From Candidatus Kuenenia stuttgartensis (GTDB lineage: Bacteria > Planctomycetota > Brocadiia > Brocadiales > Brocadiaceae), in assembly GCF_900232105.1 (NCBI RefSeq), contig NZ_LT934425.1, positions 3,930,001-3,962,000 on the forward strand: a stretch of 32,000 nucleotides of DNA, written 5' to 3'. The notes beneath the pieces are model-generated. The model saw nothing but the letters and a program-made list of their open reading frames with translations. It ran no database searches and was not told the origin of the DNA. Numbering within the stretch: position 1 is the first letter of the stretch; each line of letters starts with the position of its first letter. This document shows positions 18,205 through 29,100 of this stretch, piece after piece. Both the position numbers and the translations under genes were made by a program.

Positions 18205-18507
18205 ATGGCCCGTCTCTTTTCCCCTCAACTCTTGCGCTCATTACGAAACGATATCCCCATCGATCGACTCATCGCTGATGTCCTCTCCATACCTCATAAA
18301 TACTCCGAAGGCTATTTCCGCTTCCTCTGCCCTCTCTGTTCTGAATTTAATTCCGCCACCAACCCAAATACGAACCTCGCCAGGTGTTTCCGTTGTAAAA
18401 AAAACTTTAATACCATCGACATCGTCATGGTAGATTCCAACTCCTCTTTCCCAGATGCTGTCTATCTGCTAAAATCCGTTTTACCTCAATATATTAATTC
18501 CACTTAA
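18205..18507 (+). CDS. Small CHC2-type (DnaG-like) zinc finger protein
   Basis: IPIDRLIADVL...YFRFLCPLCSEFNSATNPNTNLARCFRCKKNFNTIDIVM, the CHC2 primase zinc-finger pattern without a TOPRIM or polymerase domain. Confidence 0.75.
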   Translation: MARLFSPQLLRSLRNDIPIDRLIADVLSIPHKYSEGYFRFLCPLCSEFNSATNPNTNLARCFRCKKNFNTIDIVMVDSNSSFPDAVYLLKSVLPQYINST

Positions 18508-19278
18508 TCTGAGAATTCCAGGTTCATTTATTGTGGGGCTTAGCAATTACCCCTTTTCCCTTCGTGATGTATGTTCAAACGCATTAACCAGAGATGGTTT
18601 TACTTAATCTGTTTATCCATCTCCAACAAAGGACATTGTCAGTGCTTCGCTGAGAAATGGCAGTTGGCACGGAATAACACGCCACACTCATACACCCCAA
18701 AAGGTCGTCTGTACCTCGTAACTCCGTCATACCCCTCACGGGTATATGCTATCTTTCTACGCATACGGATTGCTCCATTGTGTGCGCATAGGCACAAACT
18801 TCTCTACGAGGATTAGGCTCGCAGAGGTGGTATTTTCAACCACTCAGGTATTCCATACTTCAAGGCACACACAACTCTATGTCTTCTAACCGCACATTCC
18901 CTGAAAGCACTATGATCCGAAACCGTTTCTCTATTTTCCGTTTCCTTTCACTATCTTAACCAGTAAATTCAGGCATTTCAACCTACTTTAACTCTCTCAG
19001 ATTAAAAAATTACGCTTGTTTTAGGATTAGATCCATCCCATGAGGAGAATTATCAAATTCCCCTCATGAGAGGGATTGGGATGAGTAAAAATGAATGCCG
19101 TTGGGTTTTTGCCTTTTAAAAACTCAGCCTAATTTCAGAACCCAGGAAGTGCCTTTTTAGTCAAAAAGTATGTAAGCTATTGAATTGTGTAGAGATAGGT
19201 GTATATAGAGAGAAGGCATTGCCATACGTGGGTGGAAAATGATATGATCCCTTTTTTTCGGAGAAAGGGCGGGTACTC

Positions 19279-21515
19279 ATGCCACAGTTAGTATTACCCC
19301 TATTTTCCCCTGACTGCAAACTGATAAATAATCAGGTAGGTTTTGAGAAAATAGGTAGCAAGATATATTATTTTCACGGAAGACTTCCTGTGTTTAGTCA
19401 TGAGGAAGACGACCTGGAATCATTTCGGTTCATCACCAGTCAATTAGTAGTCGGCGGTAATGTCAAGCAACAACAAATAGTGAAGGCCTTCGGTGTTTCG
19501 GCAATAAGTGTTAAGCGTAGTGTAAAGCGGCTAAGAGAACATGGGCCTAAGGGATTTTTCCGTCAGTCAGCGCGAACAAGGTCAGCCCATGTGCTTACGC
19601 CAGAGGTAAAAGCGAAGGTGCAAAAGTGCCTGGAAAGAGGGCAGAGTGTTTCAGAAACAGGTAAGAAGTTCAATATCAAATCAAGTACGATTCACAAGGC
19701 AATCCAAAGCGGTCAGTTAGAGAAAAAAAAACGGCAGAAAGCGCTCCGGAGCAAAGAAACAAAAGTGAGCGTGCCGTAACCGATAGTCGTGCTGGTATGG
19801 GTCTTGGATGTACACGGGAACAAGAACGTGTAGAAGCCGCATTAGGTGGGCTTAATGAGGCAGTTCCGGCATTTGTTCCCGATCAGGACGTCAAATCGGC
19901 AGGGGTATTGTTTGCACTGCCGGCATTATTATTAAATGGTTTGCTAAAGTATGCAAACAACTATCTCTCATTTCCCAAAGGGTACTATGGATTACAATCG
20001 TTTCTGCTGCTACTGTCGTTTGCAGCCCTCTTAAGGATCAAATCACTGGAGGCAATTCGCTATTGTGAAGCTGGGGAATTGGGCAAGGCAATCGGGTTAG
20101 ACCGTATACCTGAAATACGAACACTGCGCAAAAAAGTGAAATATATAACAAACCATGGCGAACCTGAGCAGTGGAGCAAAGAGTTATCAAAATACTGGAT
20201 GGAAGAGGATCCGGAATTGGCCGGGATCCTTTACGTGGACGGCCATGTACGGGTATATAGCGGAAGCAAGACACCGTTACCGAAGCGGTATGTATCGAGG
20301 CAAAAGCTATGTTTAAGGGGTTTAACCGACTATTGGGTAAATGATGCAGTAGGTAAGCCATTTTTCGTGGTAAGCAAAGCGGTAAATTCCGGCTTGCTTT
20401 CGGTAATGAGAGAACAGATCATACCCCGGTTGCTCCGAGACATACCAAAGCAGCCTACCGGGGAAGAATTAAAAGCCAATCGTCATCTCTATCGCTTTGG
20501 TGTAGTATTTGACCGTGAGGGTTACAGTCCTGAGTTTTTCAAAGAAATGTGGGAGAAACGCATAGCGTGTTATACCTACAAAAAGTATGTAAATGATGTT
20601 TGGCCGGAATCAGAATTTATAGAGAAAGAGGTGGTTCTTAACAATGGCGAAGTGGTAAAGATGAAATTGGCGGAACGAGGAGTGTATTTCCGGAAGCAAG
20701 ACCTTTGGGTGCGCGAGATACGCAAATTGACCGATACAGGTCATCAGACATCGATAATAACCACTGATTTTATGAATAACGCTGAGGTACTGGCAGCAAG
20801 AATGTTCTCCAGATGGTCTCAGGAGAACTTTCTTAAATATATGATGGAACATTATGGTATAGACAGACTTATCGAGTACGAACAGGAGGCAATAAGTGAG
20901 ACGACAAAGGTGGTGAATCCCCGTTACAGGGAATTGGAAAGTCAGATAAAAACCAAAAGTACACTGTTAAACAGGCAGCGGGTAAAATATGGGGCATTGG
21001 TATTAAAAGCAGAAGGAGAAGAACCCGATATCCGGAAGTATGTACAGGAGAAAGCAACAATAAGAGAATCGATAGATACGCTGGAGAAAGAGATTGAACA
21101 ACTCAAGGCGACAAAAAAGAATACGGAGAAACATATAGAGTTTTCAAAACTCCCGGAAGATAAGAAATTTCAGGATTTAAAGAAGAGCGGAAAGCAATTC
21201 GTAGACACAATCAAAATGATTGCTTATCGGGCAGAGACGGCAATGGCAAATACATTGCAGGAATATATTTCTAAAAAAGATGAAGCAAGATCACTGGTAC
21301 GTCAAATTTTTATGACAGATGCAGATATAATGCCGGATGAAAAGAATGGCGTCTTAAGGATAACGATTCATAACATGACAAACCCAAGGAACAACAGATA
21401 TGTTCAGCAATTATGCGATGTACTTAATAGTTCCGAAACATTATTCCCAGGCACAAATCTGCGCCTTGTATATAATTTGGTATCAAATCAAATTCCACCA
21501 GATCAGGAGTTCTGA
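19279..21515 (+). CDS. Large two-ORF DDE transposase (HTH ORF plus catalytic ORF), probable -1 frameshift product
   Basis: ORF1 19279-19779 has HTH repeats (VKQQQIVKAFGVSAISVKRSVKRLREHG). ORF2 19797-21515 has ILYVDGHVRVYSG...KRYVSRQKL and FGVVFDREGYSPEFFKEMW. The ORF2 frame is open back to the A9 tract at 19723-19731. Confidence 0.75.
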
Positions 21516-21616
21516 ATTTAAGTCTTGCGATCCTTTGCTTTGCGGCTTTCAGCGCCTTAAATAATGACGAGTTAGTTGGTACTATTTCTGTAGCCAATTC
21601 GTGAAATACAGGTATT

Positions 21617-21747
21617 TATACTCAATCAGACTGGAATCACTGGTTTCTGACATGCGCATTCATTGCCTTCTATGCCCTATCGATTAGGATCAACTTGGAT
21701 TATACTCAATCAAACTGAAGCCAGTGGTTTCAGTCTGATTGAGTATA
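21617..21747. repeat. Repeated TATACTCAATCARACTG motif, one solo copy and one palindromic pair
   Basis: Copies at 21617-21633 and 21701-21717, plus an inverted copy ending at 21747 that forms a long hairpin 21701-21747. Confidence 0.75.
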
Positions 21748-21879
21748 GTAATTGTTACTTTGGGGATATGGTCCGCAATACACCCGTTTTAAGGTATTGA
21801 CAGAATAAAAAAATTATTTATTCTACTACGGTCGTAAGCATTTATCCTTTAGCTGAAAGTGGTTTCTTTATTGCATTTT

Positions 21880-22110
21880 GAGGTTTATGGACTATCTATC
21901 TACGCATTAACTCATTTCTAAGAAAAAGAGACCGAATAGAACTTAAAAAGGCGTATAAAAAATAGCATCAAAGACTCATGCCGACCGAATCAGGACGATA
22001 CTTCTTATTGATTCAGGATTGAGTTATGAAGAAGTGGCAAGATTAACAAACAATCAGGAATTAAGAAGAATTATACAAAAACAAAAATTATTTCAAAGGA
22101 AGAGAAAATG
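21880..22110 (+). pseudogene. IS630-like HTH transposase N-terminal remnant
   Basis: Broken frames read LRKRDRIELKKAYKK ... DSGLSYEEVARLTNNQELRRI after frame correction. Confidence 0.45.
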
Positions 22111-22119
22111 GAAGAAGCA

Positions 22120-23393
22120 AATGGGAAAAAAAGGTATCTACCGGAAAAACGAATGTAAATAATGAAGCAGCATTTATTCGAAAAGAAAGCACTCTCTGAA
22201 GTATGTGACGCTAATGGTATTCATCCAATCATGTACTATCGTTGGCTGAAGGGATTGCTGTCAAATGCCGTATACGCTTTTAGAAAATGGAAAGTCAAAG
22301 AGTGCCGGGAATGGAAGAATAAAGCGTTGGAGCTAGAGAAGAAACTTGCTCGCAAAAACGAGGTATTGTCCGAACTGATGGAGGAACACGTTGCGCTAAA
22401 AAAAGTCTTGAGGTAAACTAAAAGGCATTTGGGTAGCCCATGATACAAGAGATATGTTGGTTGATTTTGTTAATCAGTGGTCGGTAAAGGTGGAAACACC
22501 GGTTCGCCAAATGATCAGACGGGTCGGTTATCGCTGTCTAAGTTCAATGAATGGAGGACTCGTTACAGCAAAGTAAATGAGCACAACGCCTGGATACCAC
22601 GTGATACGTGGCATGAAGAATAGGAAAAGAAAGTGATACTTGCTTATTATGAAACATATCCTCTTTAAGGATATCGGAGATTGGCCTTTATGATGCGGGA
22701 TGCAGACATTAGCAGTAAGCCCATTAAGCGTGTACCGGGTGTTGGTGAATGCCGGTGTAATGCGGGAATGGTATAGGAAGCCCTCCAAAAAAGGAACGGG
22801 GTTTATGCCGCTTTAAGACGCAATGAACACTGGCACATAGATGTGTAGTACTTGAATATTCGTGGTACGTTTTATTATCTCTGTGCTGTTTTAGACGGTT
22901 ATAGCAGACAAATAGTACATTGGGAAATCTCGTGCTAAGCCTGTCGAAGTATCGGGAGACGATGAAGGAAACGGAGGTGGAAATCATCCTGGAACGGGCT
23001 AAAGAGAAGTATCCGGATGTCAAACCAAGGATCATTTCTGACAATGGTCCACAGTTCATAGCAAAGGATTTCAAGGACTATATCCGGATAGGCGGGACGG
23101 CGCATGTTAAAACAGCACCTTTCTATCCTCAAAGTAACGGGAAAATAGAAAGGTGGCACAAAACAATTAAGCAGGAAAGTATTCACCCCTATTGCCCTGT
23201 AAACCTGCAAGATGCCCGGCGAATCGTGGATGAATTTGTTGTGCATTACAACACGAAACGATTACATAGCGCAATAGGTTATATCGCCCCGCAGGACAAA
23301 TTGCTCGGACGTAAAAAAGAAATCTTTTTGGAACGAGACCGAAAATTAAGTGAAGCGCGGCAACGGCGGGCGGCTAAACGAAAGATCGCTTGA
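22120..23393 (+). pseudogene. Degenerate IS3-family element (orfA and orfB fragments)
   Basis: orfA-like 22162-22416 (LSEVCDANGIHPIMYYRWLKGL...). orfB pieces HWHIDVxYLNIRGTFYYLCAVLDGYSRQIVHWEI, then 22920-23393 ISDNGPQFIAKDFKDYI...GKIERWHKTIKQE...YNTKRLHSAIGYIAP. Stops and frame changes separate them. Confidence 0.85.
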
Positions 23394-23439
23394 CAGAAAG
23401 GAGGTGAAGGAATAGAATCGTGCCGTTCGGTAAAACAGA

Positions 23440-23539
23440 GGCGGGCTCTGCTGGGGAGCAACCCGCCGAGGGACGACGGATCGTCATTCCTAGAGAGGAG
23501 GCAAATCGCTCCTCTCTCACTCACAACCAAAGAATGACG
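23440..23539. other. Multi-stem inverted-repeat region (possible structured RNA or element end)
   Basis: GGCGGG/CCCGCC (23440-23445/23462-23467). Outer CGTCATTC/GAATGACG (23482-23489/23532-23539) encloses GAGAGGAG/CTCCTCTC (23493-23500/23509-23516). Confidence 0.5.
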
Positions 23540-23645
23540 AACCAGAGTTCCTCTTATGCCTAAAATAAACCATGGGGGTCTGGGGTAAAGCTCCAGTTTA
23601 GTAGCTTATTTTGAATTCGAAAATTCCAATTCACGGTGAACCAAC

Positions 23646-23960
23646 ACAATAGTTTTTGGGCACGTAGATACTATGTGAGTACTGTTGGTTTGGATGAAGC
23701 AAAGATAAGGAAATATATTCAAGATCAAGACCTCAACGAATCCATAGAGGGTAAGTATGATACTGATTTAAGTAAACCCTTTTAGGGAAACTAGTGATAG
23801 GAGCATCAATTAACAGGATTAACAAACTGGATCGGCTAAGAAACAACCGCTAAGTAAGAAACATGTGCTAAAGAATGCGAAGAAACCCCTTAAGGGGAGC
23901 TAGTAACAATGCCCTTTTAGGGCTAATCAAGCCACCAGCTATGCTGGTGGTACTGACTTT
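23646..23960 (+). pseudogene. IS200-like TnpA C-terminal fragment with right-end-type hairpins
   Basis: Peptide FWARRYYVSTVGLDEAKIRKYIQDQDLNESIEGKY. Hairpins CCCCTTAAGGGG (23886-23897), GCCCttttaGGGC (23911-23923) and CCACCAGC-tat-GCTGGTGG (23932-23950). Confidence 0.7.
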
Positions 23961-24155
23961 CCTATCGTTCCCAGGTTCCACAGGCTGGGTCAAATCGGCA
24001 ATTTTACCCTATTTCGCGATATGCATTCCCCACTTTAATGGAAAAACAGTAATAAATAGGGCATAAAACAGGCAAAATGTAAGGAGTTATCCCCACTTAT
24101 GCGACAACAAGGTTCATTTGACCCAGTCTGTCCAGCTTGGGAACGGGGTTGTTTG

Positions 24156-24185
24156 TGTAGAGACGCACGGCCGTGTGTCGCTACA
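24156..24185. repeat. Palindromic repeat TGTAGAGACGCACGGCCGTGTGTCGCTACA
   Basis: 30-bp imperfect palindrome (two mismatched pairs) centred at 24170/24171. Shares TGTAGAGACGCA with the repeat at 2270. Confidence 0.75.
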
Positions 24186-24409
24186 ATGCTTTGAATAAAA
24201 AAAAGAGAGTAACACTTAGACGAAGCAAATGAGGAAGGAATGAGATTGGACGACGCACCTAACAAAAGCATGCACTGTAGTACGCGGAGGTAGCGTCATT
24301 ATTTTAATGGTTAGCACGCTCGCGCTCCCCATTTGATACCTAGCCGGGGGCGGATAGCTGTCGAGTGCGCCGGCCCAGATAAAACACATCACATAAGAGA
24401 GGGGAAATA

Positions 24410-25561
24410 ATGAATTCGATAAATCAAGACTACACAGCGGGGGTATTGGAGGCTTGTGAGCCGCCGTGTCTCTCGCTCTACCAACCTACACATCGGCACC
24501 ATCCGGAAAACCAGCAGGATCCGATCCGGTTTCGGAACCTCGTGAAGGCACTAAAAGAGTCGCTATTACGGAAATATCTTGCGTATGATATCCAGCCTTT
24601 TTTGGATCCCTTTCTGGCATTGGCTGAAGATCGCGACTTCTGGAATCACACCCTAGACGGCCTGGCAGTGCTGGGTGCAAGAGGCAGGTTCCGGGTTTAC
24701 AAGCTACAGCGTCCGGTTGCCGAATTGGCTATTGTAGCAGATAGTTTCCACACCAAACCCCTGATGTACATCCTTCAGTCAGCCGACCGTTATCAAGTTC
24801 TCGGTTTGAACCGAAAGGAGATCAGATTGTTCGAGGGCAATCGTTATACTTTGGACGAGATCGAACCGGCACAGGGCGTCCCAAAGACGATCACCGAGGC
24901 ACTTGGAGAAGAATTGTATGAGTCGCACCAGACCGTCGCCTCCTACGGCGGCGTCGGGCAAGGGCACTCGCCTATGTACCATGGACACGGTGGGAAAGCA
25001 TCTAAGGTGGACATCGACACAGAACGATTCTTCCGCTCCATCGACCGCGCGATCATGGAGCACCACTCGCGGCCTTCGGCCCTGCCGCTGATCCTGGCGA
25101 CGTTGCCGGAGCATCACCAACTGTTCCGCCAAGTCAGCCACAACCCATACCTGATTGACGAAGGTCTTGATATCCAACCGGACGCCCTATCCATCGATGA
25201 ACTCCGCCAGCGCACCTGGCAGGTTCTCGAACCGCGCTATTTGGCACGGCTGGCTGCGCTGGGCGAGGAGTTCCGCAGTGCACGATCCAAGGGTGCCGGT
25301 CACGACGAACTTGGGCACGTCGCCAAGGCTGTAGTGGGTGGTCGGGTCTCTAAGCTGCTGATCGAAGCCGACCGCGAGATTCCAGGTAAGATCAATGCAG
25401 CGACCGGCGATATCAAGTTTGACGACTTGGCTGACCCGGAGGTTGATGATGTGCTCGACGACCTGGGGACATTGACCCTGAAGATGGGTGGGCAAGTCTT
25501 CATAGTCCCTAGTGAGCGGATGCCGACGGAGACGGGTATAGCTGCGATCTATCGATACTGA
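24410..25561 (+). CDS. Bacterial archaeo-eukaryotic release factor family 3-like (baeRF3) protein
   Basis: RGRFRVYKLQRPVAELAIVADSFHTKPL, YHGHGGKASKVDIDTERFFRSIDRAIMEHHSRPSALPLILATLPEHHQLFRQ. RBS gagaggggaa before ATG. Confidence 0.75.
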   Translation: MNSINQDYTAGVLEACEPPCLSLYQPTHRHHPENQQDPIRFRNLVKALKESLLRKYLAYDIQPFLDPFLALAEDRDFWNHTLDGLAVLGARGRFRVYKLQRPVAELAIVADSFHTKPLMYILQSADRYQVLGLNRKEIRLFEGNRYTLDEIEPAQGVPKTITEALGEELYESHQTVASYGGVGQGHSPMYHGHGGKASKVDIDTERFFRSIDRAIMEHHSRPSALPLILATLPEHHQLFRQVSHNPYLIDEGLDIQPDALSIDELRQRTWQVLEPRYLARLAALGEEFRSARSKGAGHDELGHVAKAVVGGRVSKLLIEADREIPGKINAATGDIKFDDLADPEVDDVLDDLGTLTLKMGGQVFIVPSERMPTETGIAAIYRY

Positions 25562-25947
25562 ATCGCAGTGGTAATGGCAATAGAAGAACAGGCTTGCGCA
25601 GATTCAGATTGGCATCTGTAGCAACATTTAGAATAACTACCGGCATGTGCCCAGCATAGCAAAAAAGATGCAATAGAAGCAGAAAAGGCTTTTGGCAGAT
25701 TATTAAAATTAAAAGTAGAGTGTAAATAACAATTAAATCCAGAGTACGGCAAAAAGTGCCAACGCTGATTTTGGTCATTAGGTTAGGACATAAAATCCGA
25801 TAACATAGTGCAATTATACTCCAAAAGGGTTAAAATTTAATCTTTACTTTTAGCATAATTTAAGCTCAGAGCCTTTGTGGACGTGAAACTTCAGTCTTTT
25901 TAAAAAGTTAAAAATTCAATCGTTTAGAGTTTAACGCCTACGGTGGT

Positions 25948-25983
25948 GGAGATGGAGATGGAGATGGAGATGGAAATGGAAAT
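25948..25983. repeat. Hexanucleotide tandem repeat (GGAGAT)4(GGAAAT)2
   Basis: Read directly in the sequence, six 6-bp units. Confidence 0.9.
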
Positions 25984-26122
25984 GGCATTATGCCTCCATA
26001 ACCTGCCAATAATTCAAATAGGCGGTTCAGATCATTAGGTCAGTGCAGATCGCGCTGACTACCTCGTATTCGAGCAAGGAGAGGGAGGCATCTTTATCAA
26101 AGAGTTCAGATTTTTTTCACGC

Positions 26123-29100
26123 ATGCGGAATGTGCTGCATAACGAATTGGATACCGAGTTGCTGCGGTCGGAACTGTTCAGTATTGAGCAACTGAAGCGT
26201 CACGCGATCAGCCTGGCGGGTCAGCATAGAATAGATCTACGGCGAAGGCCTGACAGGTTGCTGCCACGTCTGGCAGACAATGAGCGAGTTCTGTTGGCGG
26301 CGTACGACGTCGTGACAACCGCAGCGACGCATGGACAACGTATCACGCCGGCAGAGGCTTGGCTGCTCGATAATTTCTATCTGATTGAACAGCAGATCTG
26401 TCTGGCGCGACGGCATTTACCGCGCGGATACAGCCGGCAGTTACCGAGACTGGCCGATGGCCAGTCAGCCGGTTTCCCCCGTATCTATGACTTAGCGCTG
26501 GAGTTAATCTCTCACATGGACGGTCGCGTCGATAGAGACAACGCCACCCAATTCATCGCTGCTTACCAGGCCGTCGTACAGTTGAAGCTGGGCGAATTGT
26601 GGGCATTCCCGATTATGCTGCAATTGGCGTTATTGGAAAATCTGCGCCGCATCGGGGTACGTATTGCCTATCGGCGCAAGGAGCGTGATGCGGCCATCAC
26701 ATGGGCAGACCGCATGCTCGCCACGGCTGAAAGCGAACCGAAACAACTGATCCAGTTGCTGGCCGCTTTTGCCAATGCCGATGTACCTCTAACTGCACCG
26801 TTTGTGGAGGAGTTCTACGCTAGACTCCAGGCGCAGGGTCCCGCAATGGCCTTCGTTCAAACGTGGTTCGAGCACAAGCTATCCGAACAGGGGGTGACCG
26901 CAACGCAGTTGTCGGCGGTGGACGGCCGAATCGCTGCGGCCAACCAGATCTCCATCGCCAACAGTATTAACAGTCTGCACTTCATTAGCACCATGGACTG
27001 GAAGGATTACGTAGAGTCGCTCAGTGTCGTCGAACAAACCTTGCGTGAAGACCCTTCGGGGGTGCACGCAAGCCAGGATTTCGCCACCCGAGACCGCTAC
27101 CGCCATGCCATAGAGGACGTGGCGCGCGGCTGCGCATGCAGCGAAATGGATGTAGCACGCAAAGCTGTGGCTCTCGCGCAGACGGCTGCATTGCAACTGG
27201 GACTGCACGACCGCAGCGCACATGTCGGGTATTACCTGATCGATCACGGGCGGCAGATGCTGGAACATGAGGTTTGCTGTCGTGTATCGTGGAAATTGCG
27301 AATAAGCCGGACCAGCCGACATTTCCGCCTGCCCCTTTATCTTGGCCTCATTCTGTTGCTTACCTCACTGACGACAGCGGTCGTGCTTTCCTCATTTGGT
27401 GGGTTCGGGCTAGGTGACTGGCGGGTCTTGTTTTTTTCGCTTCCTCTGGTCATTGGTGCCTCGGCGCTGGCGGTACCGCTGGTGAATCTGCTGATCACAC
27501 TCACCCTGCCACCGTGCTCATTGCCACGACTGGATTTTGCCAAAGGGATTCCAGACAGCCATCGCACCATGGTGGTTGTCCCCACCCTGCTGGCAAGGCC
27601 GCAGGACATTGATGATTTGCTCGAAGCTATGGAGATCCGCTATCTTGGCAACCGCGATCCCAATCTGTTCTTTGCCCTGCTGACGGATTTTAGCGACGCG
27701 CCGGAACAAACACTGCCTGACGACAAGGCCTTGCTCGCCCATGCATGCGCCGCGGTGCGGACGCTCAACGAGACCTACAGCGAGGATCGCCCGTGCATCT
27801 TCTCTTTGTTTCATCGGCCTCGAGTATGGAATCCGTTCGAGCAGATATGGATGGGGTATGAACGCAAACGCGGTAAACTGGAGCAGTTCAATGCCAGGCT
27901 CAGAGGCGGGGCGCAAACGGCCTTCTCAGATATCGTCGGCGATCAGTCCATCCTCGCTTCGATCAGGTACGTCATTACCCTGGATACCGACACGCAACTG
28001 CCGCGCGATGCGGCACGCACCCTGATCGGTAATCTAGCGCATCCTCTTAATCGGCCGGTCTATAATGCAAACAAGAGGCGCATTGTCGAAGGCTACGCGA
28101 TACTGCAGCCCCGCACTTCGATAAGCCTGATTAGTGCAGGTCAGTCACGTTTTACCAAACTGTTCGCGGGAGACTCGGGCATAGACCCCTATACGCGCGA
28201 AGTATCGGATGTCTACCAGGATGTTTTCGGAGAAGGCTCGTTCATCGGCAAAGGCATCTATGATGTGGATGCATTTCGACAGGCCGTTGACGGACGCTTT
28301 CCGGAGAATCTCATCCTCAGTCACGATTTGCTCGAAAGCGGATATGCGCGTTCAGGACTAGTGACCGATGTCGACCTGATTGAAGAACACCCGGCCAGCT
28401 ATGCCATTGAGGCCAGCCGCCGCCATCGTTGGATACGCGGCGATTGGCAGCTTGCCGGCTGGCTTCTGCCTTGCGTCTCAGGGCCGCCTGGTCGGAATGG
28501 AACGAAGACAAGGCGACAGGCGAATCCGCTCTCGGCTTTGTCGCGGTGGAAGCTTTTCGACAACCTTCGGCGCAGCCTCATAGCACCGGCGCTACTTGCC
28601 TTGCTAACATGGGGATGGTTATTGGGACCTGGAGCAGTATGGCTTTGGTCCATGCTGGTCGTAGCGGTGGTATTCCTGCCCACACTGCTATCAATGGTGA
28701 TAGAACTTATTCGCAAGCCCGGGGAACGCGATTTGCTGGTGCACCTGAGTCTGACCGGCAAATCTGCGGGCCGCCCGATTATGCTAGCCTTGCTGGCCTT
28801 GACCTTTTTGCCCTACGACATGTTAATCTGCCTGGATGCGATCCTGCACTCGGGGGTGCGAATGCTGTTCACGCGACGCGGCTTATTGCTCTGGCAACTG
28901 CCTTCTTACGCACGCCGCAACGCATGTCGTACGCTGTCCGACTTTTTCAGAGAAATGCGAATTGCGTCTGTTTTCGCAGTGGCGCTGGGCGTAGCGTTGG
29001 CATGGACATTGGGAAACAACCGATCGGTAGAGTTACTCTTCTCTGTGCCGATCTTGTTGCTGTGGCTAGTGTCGCCCTGCGTCGGCTGGTGGATTAGCCA

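Noticed and set aside
15162-18507. CRISPR-associated transposon (CAST)
   Set aside because: The AAA ATPase and Mu-like transposase invite the idea, but there is no TniQ, no Cas effector and no repeat-spacer array nearby.
18571-18816. 81-aa plus-strand ORF after the CHC2 gene
   Set aside because: Composition and sequence look non-coding, with no RBS or motif. I prefer to describe the region as a noncoding segment.
24486-25503. Several overlapping minus- and plus-strand ORFs
   Set aside because: Shadow ORFs of the baeRF3-like gene, with no independent evidence.
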